The translations under genes and the position numbers were made by a program. Below are positions 56,477-64,000 of a stretch of DNA of 64,000 bases, piece after piece. The first letter of the stretch is position 1. The number at the start of each line of letters is the position of its first letter. The notes beneath the pieces were generated by a model. The model saw only the letters and a list, made by a program, of their open reading frames with translations. It made no database searches and had not been told where the DNA came from. Source of the DNA: an uncultured Candidatus Saccharibacteria bacterium (GTDB lineage: Bacteria; Patescibacteriota; Saccharimonadia; Saccharimonadales; Saccharimonadaceae); NCBI GenBank assembly GCA_964407405.1, contig CAYOVH010000002.1, positions 184,053 through 248,052 of the forward strand, given 5' to 3'.

Positions 56477-57313
56477 TTACGCACCCACAAATGAGGCATA
56501 AACAGTCGTACCATTATCGGCTGCGGCCATGCTCGTAGAGCCAATAACTGTGATGGTGAGAACCACAACTCCTGTGAATTGACGTTTTTTAACAGATACA
56601 GTAACTGAGGTAGTAGATATATTAGTTACCCTGAAAGAATACTGTTCGTTATCGTCATTGACTCTGAATTGGCATCCGGCTTGAGTTATAGAGCTAAACC
56701 CAGCACTTGATATATCAAATGTTACAGAACCTCCACTAACTGCTCCGTTTAAATAAATGCTTTTAGGAATAGCCGGTTTGTTTTTAATAAAATCGACTGA
56801 TGAGGTATTTGATTGGTTCCAGTCGGACTGCACTTGGGCGGCGGGTATGCTCGGTTTATTAGACAAATCATTGTAATTACCGGAATATGCAACGTCAGAT
56901 AATTCAGCGAGCTGGCCATCTGTATAGTCTTTAGCATCTTCTAACGCTTGGTTAGAACTACCAGCCTCATCAGCTCCTACGTCTGAGTAATCAAGAACGA
57001 CCACGCCAGTTTTACTATTCACTGAGTCAACAGGAACAGTAGGAATGGTAGGCTTATCTATAAGATCTTCATAGTCACCTGTAAAGGCAACATCAGCCAA
57101 TGACGATTGATCTACCTTATCATTGAGTGCGGATTGAGTAGCATTTGATATAGGTTTATCGGAATCGGATGTATTATCGACATTACCAAGTCCTAATTGA
57201 GATTTATCGTAAGGAACAAGCACACCTTCCCATCCAGTATCGTCAAGTTTGCGGCGCACAGTTTGGCCAGGATTCGCCTGTGTATTACCTGGTATAGTAT
57301 TCCAATTTGCCAT
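56477..57313 (-). CDS. fibre-like repeat protein in the head module (head fibre/decoration?)
   Basis: LGLGNVDNTSDSDKPIS plus the repeats VAFTGDYEDLIDKPTIP, VAYSGNYNDLSNKPSIP and VDFIKNKPAIP. Confidence 0.55.
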   Translation of the reverse strand: MANWNTIPGNTQANPGQTVRRKLDDTGWEGVLVPYDKSQLGLGNVDNTSDSDKPISNATQSALNDKVDQSSLADVAFTGDYEDLIDKPTIPTVPVDSVNSKTGVVVLDYSDVGADEAGSSNQALEDAKDYTDGQLAELSDVAYSGNYNDLSNKPSIPAAQVQSDWNQSNTSSVDFIKNKPAIPKSIYLNGAVSGGSVTFDISSAGFSSITQAGCQFRVNDDNEQYSFRVTNISTTSVTVSVKKRQFTGVVVLTITVIGSTSMAAADNGTTVYASFVGA

Positions 57314-57315
57314 AA

Positions 57316-57543
57316 TTAGTTCTCAATAACTCCTGACGCTCTTAGAGCTGTAGTTATTTCGTTTACTTTTTGTACAATATCTGCTTCAGTTGCGAATTCG
57401 TCTAGGTCGCTTATCGCTCCCTGCCTAACCACACTTCCATTAGTGGTATTTGTAGAAATTGTTTCGAGTAGCTGGTTATTAGTCTTTTGAGACGCTCTAG
57501 GTACTTTGGCTATATCACTTATAAAATCATTGTTGCTTGGCAT
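57316..57543 (-). CDS. phage hypothetical protein
   Basis: 75-aa ORF overlapping the portal 3' end. Confidence 0.45.
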   Translation of the reverse strand: MPSNNDFISDIAKVPRASQKTNNQLLETISTNTTNGSVVRQGAISDLDEFATEADIVQKVNEITTALRASGVIEN

Positions 57544-58975
57544 TTGCCTTCTCCTTAATTACTGGCACCTCAAGTGCCTTACAGCTTGAATTTGAGCATT
57601 TAAGTTTCCCATCTGAACCTAGAAACCTATCACACTCAGAGCAGTGAAGCTCTTGTCCATGTATGCTATTTAACGGTGTAACACCATCAATTTTGCTGGG
57701 GTCTGGCGCTTTCTCTACCTCATTACCCTCATCCACTTCGGGTTTATCGTTATCAATAACCGTAGTGTCGTTGCCCTTTTTCAATAGCTTATAGCTCTGA
57801 GACAACTGAAATGCGTCTACAACACTATCAAGCGACCAGCTGTAAGGTTCTGACGTGTAGGTGATGATAATTTCTGACTCAATTTTCTTAGTTTCGGCTT
57901 TAACCTTCTCAGCGTCAGACACGGTAGGTATTTCATACTTAAAGGTGATTGAAGCTCCAAGACCACCAGTTATACGGTTTAGCTCGTGGGTAATTTGTGA
58001 GTAAATACGTAGTCCCAGAGGTTTAACGGCACGTTTGGCAAATCCATTTTCTGATACTTCGGCGTTGTTGTAGGTCGCTTGTGAGTCTACACCTTTAATA
58101 ACTGCTGATACACCGTAGTTTTCAGACAGCCGATCGTCTACGTGTTTAAGTAGGGGTTCAAAGTCAATCTCTTTATTAGTCTGAGCAAATGGCACCCACT
58201 CTATTTGCGACTGCTGAGCGTTTCCTGCTGCGTCTAGGGGTACGTGAGCATATGAGACGTTATTATTATTGCCAGCTCCTCTGTGTCGCTCTTGGAGCTT
58301 GTCAACCATGTCGTTGTATTCTGGCACTGTTTTAGCAACAATCTTAAATACACCGGCAGGGATGGCGTTATTTTCAAAGAATCCATTTTGGTAATCTGCA
58401 ATATACCCATCAAGCGTCGCCCACTTCGCAGCTGCGAGATATGGTGAGTATCCACCGTATAGATTACCCGGCTTAGCGCCGCCAGGAATAGCAATAACTT
58501 CATCTTCTGAGAACTCTTGAGCGCCAATCTTGTAGTATATTTTGCCATCTCGATACTCAACGCCCGGACACTCTAGGAATGTATAGCCAGCGATATTATT
58601 GCCCTTAAAGCCAAATTCTCCGCCCGGCTTCGCTTCTCCTCCCTCATTACGCCAAACAAGTAGATATGTATAGTCTTGAGCAAGGACAGATACGCCCAGC
58701 TTTTCCATAAAAAGAGGCAGACTATCACGCTTATTAGGATGGAATAAGGCATTTAGTGCAGCGTGAGGTACTGGCTTACCGTTACCATCAATCGCATGCG
58801 GTACAATCCCCATCAGCTCATTTGTGATAGGTCGGACGTTAGGATAGTGGCTTGCGTATTCGTCAGATTTAAAGTGATTGTAAAGTCCATAAGGATTAAC
58901 TTGAGCAAAACTAGGTGCGCCGACTAAATTAACCTGAGCCTTAACTCCACTAAGAGCAGTGCCTAATATATTCAC
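57527..58975 (-). CDS. portal protein with C-terminal Cys4 tail
   Basis: 482 aa, in the expected position after terminase. C-terminus CSEC-x11-C-x4-C. Confidence 0.75.
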   Translation of the reverse strand: MNILGTALSGVKAQVNLVGAPSFAQVNPYGLYNHFKSDEYASHYPNVRPITNELMGIVPHAIDGNGKPVPHAALNALFHPNKRDSLPLFMEKLGVSVLAQDYTYLLVWRNEGGEAKPGGEFGFKGNNIAGYTFLECPGVEYRDGKIYYKIGAQEFSEDEVIAIPGGAKPGNLYGGYSPYLAAAKWATLDGYIADYQNGFFENNAIPAGVFKIVAKTVPEYNDMVDKLQERHRGAGNNNNVSYAHVPLDAAGNAQQSQIEWVPFAQTNKEIDFEPLLKHVDDRLSENYGVSAVIKGVDSQATYNNAEVSENGFAKRAVKPLGLRIYSQITHELNRITGGLGASITFKYEIPTVSDAEKVKAETKKIESEIIITYTSEPYSWSLDSVVDAFQLSQSYKLLKKGNDTTVIDNDKPEVDEGNEVEKAPDPSKIDGVTPLNSIHGQELHCSECDRFLGSDGKLKCSNSSCKALEVPVIKEKANAKQQ

Positions 58976-59196
58976 TTGCTACTCCTTTTTGCGATGTACA
59001 AAACGCCCACAACAGCCTGTAACGTAAATGAGAGCAATAACCCCCACTCCGGTGACGTAATCCACGATACAGCCCCAGGAACAGCTACGAACAGCACAAA
59101 CATCGTATATAGTTCTGCAAGGTTAGTTTTAACACCACTCAGCAATCTTGACGTGGCTACTGCTATGTTCTTTGTGAGCTTTTTCAGTAGTTTCAT
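58972..59196 (-). CDS. small 2-TM membrane protein between terminase and portal
   Basis: 74 aa (MFVLFVAVPGAVSWI..., LLLSFTLQAVVGVLYI). ATG directly after motif copy C. Confidence 0.55.
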   Translation of the reverse strand: MKLLKKLTKNIAVATSRLLSGVKTNLAELYTMFVLFVAVPGAVSWITSPEWGLLLSFTLQAVVGVLYIAKRSSK

Positions 59197-59225
59197 ATCT
59201 ACCTTTTATTATGTAGAGGCTGAAA
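59197..59225 (-). promoter_or_regulatory. Phage repeated motif, copy C
   Basis: Minus sense TTTCAGCCTCTACATAATAAAAGGTAGAT followed by ATG. Confidence 0.6.
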
Positions 59226-60395
59226 TTAGCGAATGCCGCCGTACTCAACCTTTGGCGTAATCAGGTCGATTAGCTTATACTTCGCAGCGTCCAGCAAGTG
59301 GTCGTTGCCATCTTGTGGAACATTCAAGCTCTTGCCGGTTCTATCCGTCGCCCAGAGGTAGCCAAGGTATTCGCTTTGGAGTTTGGTGCTAGATCGAGTG
59401 TAGTAGATAGTCATCTCTTGTATCTTCGAGGTCGCCCACTGACGGTATGATTGCTTACTGTCTTGGCTTTGTTTATTAGCACCCTTTAATGCATTACCCA
59501 TACCCACAAGCTCAGCAATGTCTTTAGGGGCGGAACTATCCGCAACTCCGAGTACACCAGATAGATTATTCTCTTTCAACACAGCGTCAATATCAGAGTT
59601 AAACATGCCTGTTCGATAACAGACTTCATCGAGTAAGTAGCCCTCGCCGTATTTAAACACCTTAACAATAGTTGTTGGGTCGTTCGTAAATCCAAAGTCC
59701 AACCCATAGCCTAGTAACTCAGCACCTTCAGGTATATCATCGACAGCCTGCCAGCCTGAATATACAAGCCCCTCAAGCTCGCCAATCTGCCCCTCGCCGT
59801 AAACCCTCCACCAGTTCTTATTAGGCTTTCTAAGTTCAATCTTTTTAACGATACTCTCTTCCAAGGCTTCGTTGTCTTTGTAGGTAGTAATAATAAAATC
59901 AACATCGTCACGTTTCGCCACAAGCTCTGTGTGCGCCCAAAACTCAGCAGTTGGGTTGTAGTCGATGATTGAGAAATCCCTCGTACGTACCTCTAGCTGA
60001 TCAAATATATCATATGTGATCAAGTTCGCTTCATTGATAAATAGAACATCACGACGTGATCCACGTGCCTTACCCTCATCTAGCGCAACGAATTCAATCA
60101 CAGTGCCGTTAAAAAACGTAAAGGTATGTTCAGCTTTGTTTTCGCTGATTCGATAATACTGCCAATAACTATTAGCCGTGAGGATATTCTTAAAATCACG
60201 CAGCGCGCCACGTTTAAGGTGGGGCATATTGACACTAGCAATCGTAATAATCTTATTTGGGTTTTTGGTAGCGTATTCAAGTAAGACCAGAAGTATCGCA
60301 ATAGTCTTCCCCGCGGAAGTTCCGCCCTGAACGATTCGCAAAGGCTTTTTAAGCGCCTTGATGCGATGATAGGCAGTAGTCTTGCCGTATGCCAT
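59226..60395 (-). CDS. terminase large subunit
   Basis: Walker A QGGTSAGKT, Walker B-like VLFINEA, C-terminal nuclease-like region. Confidence 0.85.
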   Translation of the reverse strand: MAYGKTTAYHRIKALKKPLRIVQGGTSAGKTIAILLVLLEYATKNPNKIITIASVNMPHLKRGALRDFKNILTANSYWQYYRISENKAEHTFTFFNGTVIEFVALDEGKARGSRRDVLFINEANLITYDIFDQLEVRTRDFSIIDYNPTAEFWAHTELVAKRDDVDFIITTYKDNEALEESIVKKIELRKPNKNWWRVYGEGQIGELEGLVYSGWQAVDDIPEGAELLGYGLDFGFTNDPTTIVKVFKYGEGYLLDEVCYRTGMFNSDIDAVLKENNLSGVLGVADSSAPKDIAELVGMGNALKGANKQSQDSKQSYRQWATSKIQEMTIYYTRSSTKLQSEYLGYLWATDRTGKSLNVPQDGNDHLLDAAKYKLIDLITPKVEYGGIR

Positions 60396-60767
60396 CTATT
60401 TCTCCTTGCGAAGATCTTCGAGTGGCTCTGGCGGTGTGAGGTTAGTTTGTTCGATGGTTTGTTTTGGCGTGCCGTAGACTTGGTTAATCATACTATCGAT
60501 CACTTTCCAGTCGCTGTTTTTTATAGCAGTCGCTAGCCGGCGTTCGAATAATGGTTGTTCAGTGTCAGCGATAGCCTCGTCAAGCTCTGATTCTGATAGC
60601 TTCATCATCTGCTCTAACTTGAATCTTGGAGTGTCTTCTTTCTTCCATGCACCGTTGTGCCTCCGCTCTGGGTACGCCTCAAATCCGGCTGGTGTAGGTA
60701 CTCCGCCCTTGCCTACTGAGGGCTTCCGTTGCTTTGTAGGGTTTTTATCCTCTTTCATATTTATCAT
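60396..60767 (-). CDS. putative terminase small subunit
   Basis: 123 aa, basic N-terminus, immediately upstream of and abutting terL. The start may be ATG 60758, because ATG 60767 lies inside motif copy D. Confidence 0.45.
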   Translation of the reverse strand: MINMKEDKNPTKQRKPSVGKGGVPTPAGFEAYPERRHNGAWKKEDTPRFKLEQMMKLSESELDEAIADTEQPLFERRLATAIKNSDWKVIDSMINQVYGTPKQTIEQTNLTPPEPLEDLRKEK

Positions 60768-60784
60768 TATGTAGAGGCTGAAAA
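60759..60784 (-). promoter_or_regulatory. Phage repeated motif, copy D
   Basis: Minus sense TTTTCAGCCTCTACATAATGATAAAT followed by ATG. Immediately preceded by a terminator. Confidence 0.6.
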
Positions 60785-60807
60785 TAAAAACCGCCCATGA
60801 GGACGGT
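60781..60807 (-). terminator. Intrinsic terminator after the accessory/early operon
   Basis: Minus sense ACCGTCC-TCAT-GGGCGGT followed by TTTTTATTTT. Confidence 0.6.
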
Positions 60808-60827
60808 CTGCGGAGGTTTTGGTTATG

Positions 60828-61187
60828 TTACTTTTTGAGTAGTTCAGGGTTTTGATAGATGTTGCCGATGACTTCTGCAGTTGAACCTTTGATATTGCCT
60901 ACCTCAATATCCCCGTTCACGTCTCGTATATCGTTGATTTGAAGTATCGCTATATGGTCACCCGATTCATCTTCCCAAGGCTGCCTTAATATGTCACCCT
61001 CAAATATCTTCGTACCGTTTTTGTCGAGGAGGCCGGTGAATCTTAGTGTTTGTACGCCCTTGATATTGCCTACGAAGTCAAGCTCGTGGCTGTCCCACTG
61101 GTATAACTCTCCTTTAGAATCAATAAAGAAGTCGGTACGCATTTTTTTGCCGTCCCAGAATCTAAACTCTATAGGTCTGTTAGTCAT
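60828..61187 (-). CDS. YopX family phage protein
   Basis: Start set at ATG 61187 behind AAGGAG. IEFRFWDGKKM...FTGLLDKNGTKIFEGDIL...GNIYQNPELL. Confidence 0.75.
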   Translation of the reverse strand: MTNRPIEFRFWDGKKMRTDFFIDSKGELYQWDSHELDFVGNIKGVQTLRFTGLLDKNGTKIFEGDILRQPWEDESGDHIAILQINDIRDVNGDIEVGNIKGSTAEVIGNIYQNPELLKK

Positions 61188-61419
61188 TGCTTTGCTCCTT
61201 CTTCTCAATAGAATAGATGACCTGCATATTCATTACATCGCGGTTATCGATAGTGCGGGCTAGATTGTACTGCTTCAAGTCCTCGCCAACTGCGCTCATT
61301 TGTTCGCACACACGCCTAACGTACTCAGCAATAGCGTATTCATCAGCTTTTACGGCTGTCTTAATGATGTCTTTCGTGATTTCCTGCATTTCTGCTAAAT
61401 CTTTTGCTGTCTTTGTCAT
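61180..61419 (-). CDS. phage hypothetical protein
   Basis: 79-aa ORF in the operon. Confidence 0.45.
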   Translation of the reverse strand: MTKTAKDLAEMQEITKDIIKTAVKADEYAIAEYVRRVCEQMSAVGEDLKQYNLARTIDNRDVMNMQVIYSIEKKEQSND

Positions 61420-61428
61420 AAAGCGCCT

Positions 61429-62142
61429 CTAATCCTTTCCTCTATTATAATACTCAACTACCCCATCCTGCATCTTTTTCTTCTCCCTATTAGCTTGCTT
61501 GCGAATACTCGGTAATACAGCTCGTGCATGGCTGTCGGGTCGTCTTAGGTATGTCGTGGTTGGTTTATCGCCCTTTACGAATCTAGCGCCATTTAATACG
61601 CAGTGTAGTAAGAAATCATAATTAGGTAGGTCCGAGTTCTTATATGGATGTTTCACCCATAATTCTCTTTTAAAAGGTGAATGTGGAATAATAAATCCAC
61701 CTCTTTCACCTCTCTGTAATGATTGAACCATTTCCTCTGGTGTTGGTGAGTAATGAGGTTCTAAAGATTGTCCTAGGCCGATTGTATACCACTGAGAACA
61801 AATATAATCATCACCATCCTTTGTGGCTCGTTTGAATGTTCTAATGGCATCTGATTGTACTTTATCATCAATACTTACAAACCATATCCATTCATTTGAA
61901 GCCTTACCAATTGCGATATTCCTGAGATTGCCGAAGGTTGCTTTTTTCTTGTATTCATAAAAGCTCACATTAGGATACCATTCTTTAAATGCTTTGAGGT
62001 CTTGGCAATCATGGTTTTTACCCAGCATAATAATTATTTCTTTTGGTTTAGGCGTCATATTCGAGACAAAGGCTAGGAATTGACCTATGAATCGACCATA
62101 TCCATCAAAAGCAATGCTCACTAGACTAATATCCATATTCAC
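61429..62142 (-). CDS. putative glycosyltransferase (GT-A-like)
   Basis: 237 aa. VSIAFDGYGRF..., SIDDK (DxD-like). The assignment is tentative. Confidence 0.45.
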   Translation of the reverse strand: MNMDISLVSIAFDGYGRFIGQFLAFVSNMTPKPKEIIIMLGKNHDCQDLKAFKEWYPNVSFYEYKKKATFGNLRNIAIGKASNEWIWFVSIDDKVQSDAIRTFKRATKDGDDYICSQWYTIGLGQSLEPHYSPTPEEMVQSLQRGERGGFIIPHSPFKRELWVKHPYKNSDLPNYDFLLHCVLNGARFVKGDKPTTTYLRRPDSHARAVLPSIRKQANREKKKMQDGVVEYYNRGKD

Positions 62143-62743
62143 GACCTTTTGGTATTGTTTCTAATTTTATTCCTTTTTCATCTAGTAAGTAATCGTAGCC
62201 TCTTATCTGTGTTTTGGATTCGGGGTCTATTGATTTCAACCATTCAACGCGTTTTTTACGATTCTCGGGGTCAATCATTTTCAAGTGATAGAGATTAATA
62301 TCTAATGATACTTTTTTATATTCAGGGTTAATCGGCCATGTTTTGATGTTAAAATCCATTTCTTTCATCCGTTGGTCGGGGTAGACTGGATATAAACTAT
62401 ACCTATGTTTCTGACCCCATATACCGTCCACCCTATAAGAATCGGAGGTATATAACTCTCTGAAATTGACTCGATAAATAGTTTTACTTTTTAATTTGGT
62501 GATTTGTCTAAATATCTTTTCAGCATTTTTTTCAAAACGTTCATCTGGGTCTAATTCTAAAATCCAATCTGCGCCTTTACTAATCGCAATCTCTTTCATC
62601 GCTTGACGCATTTTAAGCTCATTGTAGGACTTATTAGAGTTGTCACAGGCTACAATATCATCTACCCATTTTAAGTTATCTAAAACAGCCTTTAAATGAT
62701 GTTTGTCACGCTCACAATAAACGAACATTGCAACTATTTTCAT
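62126..62743 (-). CDS. family 2-like glycosyltransferase
   Basis: 205 aa. WILELDPDE resembles the GT2 LDADE motif. Confidence 0.55.
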   Translation of the reverse strand: MKIVAMFVYCERDKHHLKAVLDNLKWVDDIVACDNSNKSYNELKMRQAMKEIAISKGADWILELDPDERFEKNAEKIFRQITKLKSKTIYRVNFRELYTSDSYRVDGIWGQKHRYSLYPVYPDQRMKEMDFNIKTWPINPEYKKVSLDINLYHLKMIDPENRKKRVEWLKSIDPESKTQIRGYDYLLDEKGIKLETIPKGREYGY

Positions 62744-63363
62744 TCGACCACCACTGTGTCAATTAAACGACGTTCTTTTGTGATGGGGTCTGGATGAGGG
62801 TAGCCTAATGCGATAGCCCCACAAAATAATGACTTATCCCATGGGCTAAATCGCTTATAGAAGTATTCTCTATCCTGCACTCTCACTTGAGGGTTTACAA
62901 ATGCCGTATGTAGTCCTAAAGATGTTGCTACTAACATTGCGGTTTGAGCCATAACACCGGCATCCAGGTATGAATTGTAGTTAACCTCATCGCCGTTATC
63001 ACCGCCTTTGTAAGCTTCTGGGTTGGCAAATAGCATTAGAACTGTCGGGGCGCGGTAAATCCAACCCGTGCCTCCCACTAAGAGGCCGTTTAAGAGGGCT
63101 TTGTCGTCTCTGTCCTGGATAATCTTTACTCGCACACCGAAGCGGTCGCATGAGCTAGGACAGTGCCTTAGACTATCTAGAATCATGTCGAGCGTTTCCT
63201 GTTCAACTTGCTTATCATCAAAACGCCGGTTGCTATGGCGCTCTTTAACCAGAGTAATGAGTTCATCACGTTTGCCGCCTGGGTGTGTCTGATGAGCCAA
63301 GTATCTAGACTGAAATTCGTCTAACTTTACTTCCTTTATTTCTGCGCCAGTGCTACTTTTCAT
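62740..63363 (-). CDS. nitroreductase family protein
   Basis: RHSNRRFDDKQVEQETLDMILDSLRHCPSS is typical of the nitroreductase fold. Confidence 0.7.
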   Translation of the reverse strand: MKSSTGAEIKEVKLDEFQSRYLAHQTHPGGKRDELITLVKERHSNRRFDDKQVEQETLDMILDSLRHCPSSCDRFGVRVKIIQDRDDKALLNGLLVGGTGWIYRAPTVLMLFANPEAYKGGDNGDEVNYNSYLDAGVMAQTAMLVATSLGLHTAFVNPQVRVQDREYFYKRFSPWDKSLFCGAIALGYPHPDPITKERRLIDTVVVE

Positions 63364-63562
63364 GAGTAAGACCCTCGACTATCTTTTTCAAATCTTCTGA
63401 ATATTCTTTATCCATTTTTAGAAAATCTTTACGGACACGTTCAATGCCCATCTTTGTCATGGGGTTGCCACTTATCATCGCTGCATAACGTATAATCCCA
63501 GCATTATAATCAAGCGCTCGCTTAAGTAGTGCTAACATGAGAACCTGCTCATTATTTTTCAT
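63353..63562 (-). CDS. phage hypothetical protein
   Basis: 69-aa ORF overlapping both neighbours. Confidence 0.4.
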   Translation of the reverse strand: MKNNEQVLMLALLKRALDYNAGIIRYAAMISGNPMTKMGIERVRKDFLKMDKEYSEDLKKIVEGLTHEK

Positions 63563-64000
63563 AAATCGACCTCTCTAGGAACATGTCCCGTATTAGATTT
63601 CCTAAGCTATTAGTTTTGAAGGTCGCCTCGTAACTCGATGCAAATGCCCCTTTTGGTATCCAGTCCTTTTGCCGGACTTTCACATCTTTGGTTTTAGCGC
63701 CGCCCAATCTGCATAAATTACCGTACATTGAGAGTTTGTTGTACCCGTCTGGTATATCGAGTTCGAGCCACTTCTTTTTATTAACCACAAATGGCACATG
63801 AACCTCGTAGCACAGTGGTTTTTCGATACCCATTTCCTTTAACTTGGAGTTTGTTTTTTGCATACGATTGATGTAATAGTTGTATCGGTGTCCATACTTT
63901 TCTAGTATTTCTTCGTAGCTACCTCTATGAAAAATGGGTATGCGGTAAACTGGTTTCATAAAGTACATATCGTCGTGCATCCAGATGAAGTTTTCTGATA
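63552..64000 (-). CDS. Stealth-like (sugar-phosphate transferase CR2/CR3-like) protein, C-terminal part; N-terminus beyond the window
   Basis: The reading frame is open to the window edge (...ENFIWMHDDMYFMKPV...). The xDDxxF and HVPFVV segments resemble Stealth CR2 and CR3. Confidence 0.45.
   Translation of the reverse strand, partial: SENFIWMHDDMYFMKPVYRIPIFHRGSYEEILEKYGHRYNYYINRMQKTNSKLKEMGIEKPLCYEVHVPFVVNKKKWLELDIPDGYNKLSMYGNLCRLGGAKTKDVKVRQKDWIPKGAFASSYEATFKTNSLGNLIRDMFLERSIYEK

Larger units (their letters stand above)
40119..64000. mobile_element. Siphovirus-like prophage (left end near the tRNA cluster; right end beyond the window)
   Basis: Contiguous recombinase, lysis, tail-fibre, tape-measure, tail, head, portal and terminase modules. 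Composition is visibly more AT-rich than 1-40 kb. A phage-specific repeated motif is present. Exact att sites were not identified. Confidence 0.85.

Noticed and set aside
56356-56568. 70-aa minus-strand ORF spanning the end of 56477-57313 and motif copy A
   Set aside because: It overlaps a better gene and the conserved intergenic motif, so it is likely spurious.
1-64000. CRISPR arrays, rRNA genes, transposases/IS elements
   Set aside because: No regularly spaced direct repeats, no rRNA-like conserved stretches and no transposase-like ORFs were seen anywhere in the window.

Overview
The window has two parts. Positions 1 to about 40118 are a compact, gene-dense bacterial chromosome segment, mostly on the minus strand. 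It carries secE-nusG-(2 unknown genes)-rplK-rplA and rplJ-rplL ribosomal clusters, cysS, recR, dnaB, dnaX and a thymidylate/nucleotide-salvage set (tdk, tmk, dcd-like, folA, thyA, HIT, several NUDIX). It also carries two two-component systems, a PadR-ABC exporter operon, a GT4-GH57-GH15 alpha-glucan cluster and five tRNAs. The gene content suggests a small-genome Patescibacteria/CPR (Saccharibacteria-like) organism, but this is inference only. Directly after a tRNA-Thr/Tyr/Thr cluster, from about 40119 to beyond the window end, lies a visibly more AT-rich siphovirus-like prophage. Its modules are a tyrosine recombinase, a lysis cassette, tail fibre, tape measure, tail and head genes, a ClpP-protease/capsid fusion, portal, terminase, and a glycosyltransferase/nitroreductase/Stealth-like accessory module. 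The observations I rate highest are all inside the prophage. First, a tail-fibre gene has 32-bp in-frame inverted repeats flanking two alternative C-terminal cassettes, a Mu G-segment-like invertible switch with no serine invertase in sight. Second, a 16-28 nt motif (core TCAGCCTCTACATAAT) occurs seven times, always co-oriented and directly upstream of structural gene blocks, and looks like a phage-specific promoter giving near-leaderless mRNAs. Third, a phage-borne glycan-modification-like operon sits upstream of terminase. In the host part, the 430-bp rplK-rplA spacer is highly structured, with an apparent antisense promoter and terminator pair. No rRNA genes or CRISPR arrays were seen. All calls come from reading the sequence and the supplied ORF translations; no database search was run.
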